This document shows positions 57,014-64,000 of a stretch of DNA of 64,000 nucleotides, piece by piece. Source of the stretch: a virus; IMG/VR virus record IMGVR_UViG_3300035703_000072, positions 5,881 to 69,880 of that record; one strand, 5' to 3'. Numbering within the stretch: the stretch's first letter is position 1; each line of letters starts with the position of its first letter. A program made the translations under genes and the position numbers. The notes beneath the pieces were generated by a model. It was not told the DNA's origin and did no database searches. It worked only from the letters and a program-made list of their open reading frames with translations.

Positions 57014-57590
57014 CGTAATTCTTTTTTATGTCATTAATCTTTTTAGTGTGTGCCATGTCTCTGAAAACAATCGAGTAGGGCAGTTTCAATATTTCATTGT
57101 GCTTGAGCAAATCCGGCTCCATCGCTTTGAGGGAGTTGTAATAATCGTACTCTTGCAGTTCTTCAGCTCCGGCTTCTATTTCTTCAGGCGTTAATTCTGA
57201 ATGAAGTCTTTCTTCTTCAGCAGCTCTAAGAACTTCCAACTGATCTGTGATGAATTTCAGCGCTGAGAAAACATTGAATATCTCAAGAAGCATAAAATCC
57301 TTTTCGCTAATTCCGTAAACCACTTTAAAGGTTTCATACATGTTCTCCTTCTTGAATGAATTCCGAATCATCAGTATCTCTTCCCACGTGAACTTCCAAA
57401 AGTTCTCTTGCTTAGGCTTGATTATTTTGGTTCTGAAGTACTTGTACCTCCTGAGCATTGGATTTGCCTTGACATAGTTCTTAACCATGTGCTCAACGAT
57501 TTCCTTTTCTTCATTGCTGAACCTTTCAAACTCGAACATTCTCGGTCTTGAGAAGATTAGCTTATCTAAGCTGTTCGCGAACTTCCCCAT
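56976..57590 (-). CDS. Putative tail assembly chaperone
   Basis: 204 aa, EI.AG...L and ILKLPY..VF pattern; positional. Confidence 0.4.
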   Translation of the reverse strand: MGKFANSLDKLIFSRPRMFEFERFSNEEKEIVEHMVKNYVKANPMLRRYKYFRTKIIKPKQENFWKFTWEEILMIRNSFKKENMYETFKVVYGISEKDFMLLEIFNVFSALKFITDQLEVLRAAEEERLHSELTPEEIEAGAEELQEYDYYNSLKAMEPDLLKHNEILKLPYSIVFRDMAHTKKINDIKKNYDGIIARKNSKPR

Positions 57591-58858
57591 GTTTGACTTC
57601 CTCCTTTCTGGTCATAGTAAACAAAGTAGCCTCCGGCTTCTGTGATGTGGTCAAAGCCACTTGTTTTGTCAGGTTCTCCATTTTTGTACACTTGATTCTC
57701 TAAAGCTTCAGTATAATTCGAGCATCTGTCCGTATTGACGTAATATAATATATTACCATTGGAATCCAAAAAAGCAAGATTAACAGCATTAACCCGGTCT
57801 TTTACAAATGGATTCTTAGATAACTTACGAACAACAAAGCCAGCGCCTTTCAGTAAGTCTATATCGGATTTTCCGGCAGCGTTACGGTTACCACCTGAAG
57901 CATCGGGATAAACAATGATTTTGAAGTTCGGAAACTTCTGTTTGATGAGCTCGATTATCTCGGCAGTATCGTAAGCGTTGACTATCTCATCAACTGCTGA
58001 TTTGATTCTGACCTTTTTCTTGATGGCTGGTAAGCCATTGGCTTGCTTCCAATCAATCTCTTTCTCATCTACCACATGAACTACAGCGTTCATTTTGGTA
58101 ACGTTGAAATCCAATCCAATATGAAGAACGTCGTTTGCTTGAATGGTTCTGTTGGTGTGATTTTGCGTTCGCTTAAATCGGTGATAAACAGAGCCACTTG
58201 TCAAATTTACGAATTCTCCATTAAGATACGCCTCAAGTTGCTGAGGGGTGTATGAGTCAGCAAGCATATCAATGTAATCATCGGGTAAATATGGGTTGTC
58301 CGCCGTTTTTGCCTTTATGATAATACGATTTGCCTTTTTCTCTTTTACAAAATAATTGTAAGCAAATTTGAAACCTTCAGGAGTTCCAACAACGTCAACC
58401 TGATTTGTCTCTCCTTTTGGCAACGGCTTACGATTACGAGCGATAATCTTCTTGAAAGCATTGGTCATGTTCTCCATTGGAAGTAAGTCGGTCTCATCAA
58501 CAAGAGAATAGCCAACCTCATAACCAACAATCCGGTCCGGATTCATCAATGAGCGCATGATGATTTTACCGTAAGGTGTATCGTAGTAGTATTTTGATTT
58601 GTTCAGGTGGAATGTAATGCCAAATGTTTTGAAGATATCCTCAAACCTTTCGAAAGCAACATCTTCAATCAGTCCGTAGGTAGGCATATAGTATGCAACC
58701 GGTACACCTGGGTATCTCATCTTCTTGAGAACTACTTTCAGGATGCCGCCTTGTGTTTTGCCGGAACCATATCCACCGATTAAAGCGGTATGCTTGGCTT
58801 CACTTTCGATAAACTTTGCCTGATGAACGAGTACATCAATCTCTATCTCCTTTGCCAT
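57566..58858 (-). CDS. terL: Terminase large subunit B
   Basis: GGYGSGKT, VDE, TPEG, DNPYL, GLDFN, DASG, DH..A.GY. Confidence 0.93.
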   Translation of the reverse strand: MAKEIEIDVLVHQAKFIESEAKHTALIGGYGSGKTQGGILKVVLKKMRYPGVPVAYYMPTYGLIEDVAFERFEDIFKTFGITFHLNKSKYYYDTPYGKIIMRSLMNPDRIVGYEVGYSLVDETDLLPMENMTNAFKKIIARNRKPLPKGETNQVDVVGTPEGFKFAYNYFVKEKKANRIIIKAKTADNPYLPDDYIDMLADSYTPQQLEAYLNGEFVNLTSGSVYHRFKRTQNHTNRTIQANDVLHIGLDFNVTKMNAVVHVVDEKEIDWKQANGLPAIKKKVRIKSAVDEIVNAYDTAEIIELIKQKFPNFKIIVYPDASGGNRNAAGKSDIDLLKGAGFVVRKLSKNPFVKDRVNAVNLAFLDSNGNILYYVNTDRCSNYTEALENQVYKNGEPDKTSGFDHITEAGGYFVYYDQKGGSQTWGSSRTA

Positions 58859-59255
58859 ACACTACTTTGAATTTTACTGCTTCTACTTGAGGCATCTCAA
58901 GGTTAATAGTTTTGGCCGGTTCTAAACCTTCGAGTTTGATAATTTCTTTTTCAACTGCCATGATGGCTGAAATGCCTGCCGGAGTTCCTTTGTATTCCTC
59001 TTTCATGGTTCGAATCATTTGCTGAAGCTTTGCAATTTTCATTTCACGCTTCATGTCAATGTTGACACCTTCAATCTTCTTCCACTTCTCGTAGGCTTCT
59101 CTCACATAGCGCTGCGCTTGACGTATATCAAGTCCCCAACGCTCGACAATATTCTTAGCAATTATGTTGTCTTGAATCCCCTCAATAATCCAACCCTGGA
59201 CTATGAAGAGGCGTTTCTCTTTTTCGATTTTGGTTGCTCGGTCTTGTTTGCTCAT
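58836..59255 (-). CDS. Putative terminase small subunit B
   Basis: Overlaps terL start; HTH-like WGLDIRQAQRY. Confidence 0.7.
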   Translation of the reverse strand: MSKQDRATKIEKEKRLFIVQGWIIEGIQDNIIAKNIVERWGLDIRQAQRYVREAYEKWKKIEGVNIDMKREMKIAKLQQMIRTMKEEYKGTPAGISAIMAVEKEIIKLEGLEPAKTINLEMPQVEAVKFKVVYGKGDRD

Positions 59256-59491
59256 ATCTCAGGGTATAAAGCATTGACGATTTCGATTAAGTCTTTTTGC
59301 TCTTGCATTACTGCTCGAACTCTTGAGGCTTCTTCTTCACGCATCTTTTTAACCGATTCAGGCGTGCTGTCCGATATGTTTTCCTGAAGCGTATTGAGAA
59401 GCTCCACTTTGTTGGCCAATCTTTTTAGAAGAAGCTCTTTAAATTTTGCTGCTGTTTCTTGCATGACTTGTATTCTCTGTTTGTCGTCCAT
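59252..59491 (-). CDS. Coiled-coil protein upstream of terS
   Basis: Paralogue of 17791..18030. Confidence 0.75.
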   Translation of the reverse strand: MDDKQRIQVMQETAAKFKELLLKRLANKVELLNTLQENISDSTPESVKKMREEEASRVRAVMQEQKDLIEIVNALYPEI

Positions 59492-59518
59492 AACCTTGAT
59501 GTTTTGAGAACATCAAAA

Positions 59519-60196
59519 TTATGACTCTTTGTTTAACAATCCTTCTTTTTTCTCGATTTGAATCATTTCCTTAGACTTCCAAGACTGAGTGAACTTTTTG
59601 TCCGCAAACAGTTTCGAGAAGCCGGTAATGTGTTTAAGTTTCAAAAGCTCTTCCGGTTCCATGCCGAGCTCGTTACAGATGTCATGATCTGCCCAACCAT
59701 TCTTCAGCATTTCATAAACCATGTTACTCATACCGCTGATGGAGTGCTCACCTCTTGCTCTGTTGTGTCGAACCGTTGAGGCCATTCGGTCGTTGATGTC
59801 TTTGTTGATTACAACGATTGGCAGCATACCATGGTTACGGTCTTGGATGTCTTGCTTGGTTTTGCAAGTGAAGTAACGGTGGAACCCATCAACGATGATA
59901 TACTTGTCGATGGTTTCATCGTAAATGGTAACTACCGGCTGAGTATAGCCATCGTGAAGGATTGAGGTGTATAACAATCCCATTTCTTTACCGGCTACGC
60001 TGTTGGGGTTGTAATCGTTGGCTTGCACTTTGTCGATTGGTACCCAACGCACCAAGTTGATAGGTTGATTAGCTAAAGGCGAACTATGGTGTAATGCTTC
60101 TTTGATTGATTCAATAGCCTGAAGCCTTTCACTTTGAATTGTGAACGATGATAAGTACTGTTGAATACTGTCGATGATTTGGTCTAATTTATCCAT
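59519..60196 (-). CDS. IbrB-like ParB/Srx protein
   Basis: Start taken at MDKLD (60196); ANDYNPN, GYTQP, VDGFHR, ASTVRHNRARG. Confidence 0.88.
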   Translation of the reverse strand: MDKLDQIIDSIQQYLSSFTIQSERLQAIESIKEALHHSSPLANQPINLVRWVPIDKVQANDYNPNSVAGKEMGLLYTSILHDGYTQPVVTIYDETIDKYIIVDGFHRYFTCKTKQDIQDRNHGMLPIVVINKDINDRMASTVRHNRARGEHSISGMSNMVYEMLKNGWADHDICNELGMEPEELLKLKHITGFSKLFADKKFTQSWKSKEMIQIEKKEGLLNKES

Positions 60197-61334
60197 GGAT
60201 GAATTTGTTTTTCTTTTGTGGTAATACTCCTTTGTTGTTCCAATGGCGCCATGCATTCAGCTCCGGGTTACGCTCCCAATTGTTCAACTTGGTAAAGTGA
60301 TAGTCATTCACTACAACAGTAGTAACCATCATCTTGTACATGTTGTCCTTATGGTGCTTCAGATTTGCATACTTCTTCTCCAATGAGTTGAACTTCTTAC
60401 GGTACTCCTTGCGCTTGGCCTCATCAGTAACCAAGTTCTCAAGCAAATAGTAAGCATACTCGCTCCAACTCTCAAACGCTTCAGGCAGATCATTGATAGC
60501 TGAGATTGCTTCAGACTTCAAATGCTTGATTGTGTTGATTCCGGTAAGCCTTCTCGAAAGCTTCTCCCATGTTTCCGGTTCTACTTCCTGAAGATACAGA
60601 AGCGATTTTAGCGCTGTTTCATGGTGTAGGTTCGAAACCCTCATGTTTTGGATTTTGATGCCGTGACGGTATTGGAAGTTATAAATCTCATTGTATGGCC
60701 AACCATTGTCGTGAATCGCTTTCCACACATCAACATAAATCCAATCATAAATCGGGTAGAAGGTGTAGTGCTGCATCTTGCGGTTGAGGATTTTGCCCCA
60801 AGTAACGTGCTTGTATGTTTGAGCGGTAGTCAATGCCACATATCGAGTTGGGCTTTCCTCACATCTTACTCCGGCAAGGTAGCAGGCTTTCTGATTCGGG
60901 AAGTAATGCTCAAGCACTTTGTTGAACATATCAGTGAACCGGTCAGTTCCGAAAACATTCTCCTTGATTGAAATCGGGTCTTTCTCTCTCATCCACTCTT
61001 TGCCCGGTTCCCAACAATGCAACCAATCCTCTGTGTGACTTGTGGCATTGAATATCTTGAAATGTATCTGAAGCCACATTGGATTGACTTCGGGCATGTA
61101 CATTATCTCTTTCACATAGTCTGAGGTGTGTTGGAACTCTGCTTCCTGGTCCAACCAAAGAACGTTGAGAGGTAATCGGTTTCTCTTTTTGGCTTCAGCC
61201 AAAGCGAGGTTGAAAACAATGGTGCTGTCTTTTCCTCCGGAGATACCAACGACAACATTCTCGAACTCATCGAACAGATAGGACACTCTTTGCTGAGCTG
61301 CCTCAAAGACGTTTAGCTTTTGATATATCTTCAT
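60189..61334 (-). CDS. IbrA-like PAPS-reductase family (PP-loop) protein
   Basis: SGGKDS, D.EAE, GVR.EES..R, PIYDW...DVW, MRVS. Confidence 0.9.
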   Translation of the reverse strand: MKIYQKLNVFEAAQQRVSYLFDEFENVVVGISGGKDSTIVFNLALAEAKKRNRLPLNVLWLDQEAEFQHTSDYVKEIMYMPEVNPMWLQIHFKIFNATSHTEDWLHCWEPGKEWMREKDPISIKENVFGTDRFTDMFNKVLEHYFPNQKACYLAGVRCEESPTRYVALTTAQTYKHVTWGKILNRKMQHYTFYPIYDWIYVDVWKAIHDNGWPYNEIYNFQYRHGIKIQNMRVSNLHHETALKSLLYLQEVEPETWEKLSRRLTGINTIKHLKSEAISAINDLPEAFESWSEYAYYLLENLVTDEAKRKEYRKKFNSLEKKYANLKHHKDNMYKMMVTTVVVNDYHFTKLNNWERNPELNAWRHWNNKGVLPQKKNKFIHG

Positions 61335-62146
61335 GATTGAACGATGTAATAGTTATTGAATTCCGTAACGTTTAAACCTTCGAATACTTCCTCAAGGTCT
61401 TGCTTAGTCCACTTTGAATACTCAGCATTGATGCCAAGCTTCTCATGTGTCACCGGTGTGTAGTCTTCTTTGTAGAACATCAAGAACAGTTTGCCGGTTT
61501 TGTTCCATAGTCTCATAAAGACTTCAGGGAAGAAGATGTATGATGCACTGAACAACGCTATCACGTTGTCATAGGTTCTGAGTGTCTTGGCATAATCTTC
61601 AACTCGGCAGATCATAACCTGGTGCTTTCTGTTTGGAAACTTCTCGATGAGTTTGTTTATCATCAATGGGGATGCATCAATCCCCTTGTAATCTTCTATG
61701 TCTTTGATGTGAAGAAGCAATCCGGTACCACAACCCACATCGAGAACTGAACCTTCCAATTGGCCAATCATTTCACAAATGGCGATATCCTCTTCCACAC
61801 AAGTGTCATTTTCAAATAGAGCATCGTAGCTGTCAATGTTCACATAGTCGGTAATGTCGGATATCTGTTCTCGGTTTATGATGGTGTGCTTCAATCTTCC
61901 GGCGGTAGTGCTTACCCAGTAGTAGTGATTGTCGATGACAACTACTTGGGTTGCCTTGTCGTTGATGCGCATCATTACGCCGTTCTGTTTGATGTAGGAA
62001 ACGAACAAGTCAAATCTCAAATGATGTGCAGCGTTCTTGTCGATGACTGAGCAATGTGTTCTGTTGCTGCAGTACGACCAAGTGTTCTCTGATATGAATT
62101 GCTGATGATTCATGTTATGAGTTTTTGATATGAAATTCACATCCAC
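61331..62146 (-). CDS. Unknown N-terminal domain fused to class I SAM methyltransferase
   Basis: VLDVGCGTG, GID.S..M; N-terminal F..YI...G..ID..YYW..IINR. Confidence 0.8.
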   Translation of the reverse strand: MDVNFISKTHNMNHQQFISENTWSYCSNRTHCSVIDKNAAHHLRFDLFVSYIKQNGVMMRINDKATQVVVIDNHYYWVSTTAGRLKHTIINREQISDITDYVNIDSYDALFENDTCVEEDIAICEMIGQLEGSVLDVGCGTGLLLHIKDIEDYKGIDASPLMINKLIEKFPNRKHQVMICRVEDYAKTLRTYDNVIALFSASYIFFPEVFMRLWNKTGKLFLMFYKEDYTPVTHEKLGINAEYSKWTKQDLEEVFEGLNVTEFNNYYIVQS

Positions 62147-62639
62147 ACTCCGGACAAATCACATCGAGTGTGTCGGCTACACCGTTACCTACTCCGATTC
62201 TTCCACTTGCCTTTTCCATATCTTCTTCAGTAACCGCATTTGTGTCAATGAATGGGGATAGGTTAGGGTTGTAGTCCGTCTGAGGAATGTCAATACAGAA
62301 CTCTTTCAGGTCCTCAAGAATCCACTCTTTCATCAATTCTGCATAATCCCATTCTCCATAAGAAGCATTGTCTTTGATTATAAATTCTCTTTGTTGTTTC
62401 TCAGTCCAATCAACTTTGATGCATGGAACGGTTATCCAACCGGCTTCTTGCATTGCTTTAAGTCGCATGTTGCCACCCAAGACTTTATTTTCAAGATTGA
62501 TAATTAGCGGTCTTGCATTGGCCATCTCCGGAAAGTCCTGAAGTGACTTAACAAGCTTCAGAAAGTTCGTGTCTTTGATGTAGCGTGGGTTTTCTTCATT
62601 TGGGAAAACTTCTTCGATTTTGAGGTATTTGACTGTCAT
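62115..62639 (-). CDS. ParB-like protein with C-terminal CPEC
   Basis: NPR.I..L..SL, RPL, GGNMR..A, DN...GEWD. Confidence 0.85.
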   Translation of the reverse strand: MTVKYLKIEEVFPNEENPRYIKDTNFLKLVKSLQDFPEMANARPLIINLENKVLGGNMRLKAMQEAGWITVPCIKVDWTEKQQREFIIKDNASYGEWDYAELMKEWILEDLKEFCIDIPQTDYNPNLSPFIDTNAVTEEDMEKASGRIGVGNGVADTLDVICPECGCEFHIKNS

Positions 62640-62713
62640 AGCGCAAAAGTGATAACGGATTTATAAACAGTAGAAACAAGAATGTTGATATTGGTAAACG
62701 TCATTCATTGACA

Positions 62714-62735
62714 CAAATGTAATATAAAATATTAC
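62714..62735 (-). promoter_or_regulatory. Promoter with GTAATATAAAATATTAC operator
   Basis: caaatgta 62714-62721 overlapped by palindrome 62719-62735, identical to 48821-48837. Confidence 0.65.
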
Positions 62736-62740
62736 ACAAT

Positions 62741-62771
62741 AAAAAAAGCTACTCGAATTGAATAGCTTTTT
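62741..62771. terminator. Bidirectional terminator
   Basis: AAAAAGCTA/TAGCTTTTT hairpin. Confidence 0.6.
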
Positions 62772-62792
62772 GAATATGATCTGTGATGTTTT

Positions 62793-63176
62793 TTATGACA
62801 GCTCCCTTGCTATGGGTATACCGGTCTTTCGTAACTGGTTCCGTAAATCGGGAATGTAATCGGATTGCATCTTTTCTTTGTAAGGTGTCGTAATGAATTG
62901 ATGCATTGAAAGGTTCCAACCTACATCGTCGATGATGGCTAACTGTTCGACGATTCTTTCTTTGATTACGTAGCTGAAACCAGCGTTGTGTTGGATTGAT
63001 GTAGTTTCAATAGAGATGAAAGGTACATCGGTTTGTACGTTTGCAACGATTACGGCGAAAGGCTCAAGGCTTTTGTGAATCGTTGTTTTTTGTTTCTGCT
63101 CCAGCTGAGGTGTACTTGCCATTGCTGTGAAGCTAATCATCCCGATTGGCAACATTAAGAGCGTTCTGAATTTCAT
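62793..63176 (-). CDS. Secreted hypothetical protein
   Basis: Start taken at MKFRTLL (63176); signal peptide ending AMA; own promoter 63209-63216. Confidence 0.6.
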   Translation of the reverse strand: MKFRTLLMLPIGMISFTAMASTPQLEQKQKTTIHKSLEPFAVIVANVQTDVPFISIETTSIQHNAGFSYVIKERIVEQLAIIDDVGWNLSMHQFITTPYKEKMQSDYIPDLRNQLRKTGIPIARELS

Positions 63177-63669
63177 TTTGTTTATTAAGATGAAAACAAA
63201 GTTGAAATCAAATATAGTAATATTTCGTATTACTTGATAAGAAAAAACCATTGAAAGTAACGAGAGCGAAAATGACGGCTCTTTTGTTGAAAAAAAACTT
63301 TTTGATATCGGGAGAGTATAAGTATCTTTGAAGAAGTACAAAAAATAAAAAAGCCGAGCTAGTGACTCGGCAATTTCGAAACAATGTTCTTTTCTTTTCT
63401 AAAGAGAATTAAGCACTTGGAAATTTCTATTTTCAAGATTACCTTTAAGCGGTAACTTAATTCTTGGGAGATTGTTTATCGGGAGATAAACGCTCCACCG
63501 GTTTTAAAAGCCCCTTGTTCCCGCAAGGGATTTTTTATTACATGACAAATATAGTAATTAAAATAATACCTCGAGCATGTGTTAATAAAATTTCTCGAGA
63601 GCATTGCGGACGTTTTGTCCGTTTGTTGTTTACCTCAAGCAAATTCTTTGATTTTCGGATGGGTAACGT

Positions 63670-64000
63670 TTAAAAGTTTTCCGGTTTTTCAATGCGTTCA
63701 AATTCGATTACCCACACCCACGGATTTTCGTTCCAGGATTGTTCACCGTTGATTTTGCACCATAGTTCTTCGAACCAAATAGTTGGAAAAGTTTCTTTGG
63801 CAATGTTCGGGAAAGGACATCCCTCTGCCATTGCATCGCCTCGAGAAATATCCTGCAAGCGTTCCACTCTGACATCTTTGATTTTAAGAAACAAACGGCA
63901 AGCTTCTTTTGGCATAAACAGAGAACTTCTTTTATACCAACCAAGAACTCTTTGACTATTTTTGAATATTGAAGACGGGGGATTATCATTGTATGCAATT
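63670..64000 (-). CDS. ASCH-like conserved phage protein (3' part; second allele)
   Basis: Largely identical to the 3' part of 22282..22962; start lies beyond the window. Confidence 0.85.
   Translation of the reverse strand, partial: IAYNDNPPSSIFKNSQRVLGWYKRSSLFMPKEACRLFLKIKDVRVERLQDISRGDAMAEGCPFPNIAKETFPTIWFEELWCKINGEQSWNENPWVWVIEFERIEKPENF

Larger units (their letters stand above)
36638..64000 (-). mobile_element. Prophage/phage element B (siphovirus; right end outside window)
   Basis: Integrase, lysis, a second full set of virion and terminase genes, modification operon. Confidence 0.9.

Noticed and set aside
1-64000. CRISPR array, diversity-generating retroelement, IS element or invertible shufflon
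   Set aside because: No spaced repeat array, reverse transcriptase, transposase or invertase seen; the 22.3/63.7-kb repeat differs by a block, not at adenines only
1-64000. Stop-codon reassignment
   Set aside because: Genes are full-length and densely packed under the standard code; no suppressor tRNA

Overview
AT-rich temperate-phage DNA with Bacteroidota hallmarks (TAnnTTTG promoters, PcfJ/PcfK, DUF4468; a Flavobacterium-like host is inferred). It contains two non-homologous siphovirus virion modules on the minus strand. Element A (1-36637) runs tail, head, terminase, an RNA island, methyltransferases, replication/recombination and the Cro/CI switch. Element B (36638-64000) runs integrase, lysis, tail fibre, portal/capsid, tape measure, terminase and a ParB-MTase-IbrA-IbrB operon. 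They meet at an attP-like site: the 3' half of tRNA-Asn flanked by arm-type repeats. They also share a partly identical gene 41.4 kb apart. The most notable observations are two tRNA-shaped RNAs whose anticodon loop is replaced by an extended hairpin, a dense structured-RNA island between terS and terL, interchangeable DNA-modification cassettes beside the packaging genes, two paralogous 24-aa zinc-finger microproteins, and element-specific operator palindromes at late promoters. All family calls come from motif recognition by eye; no searches were run.
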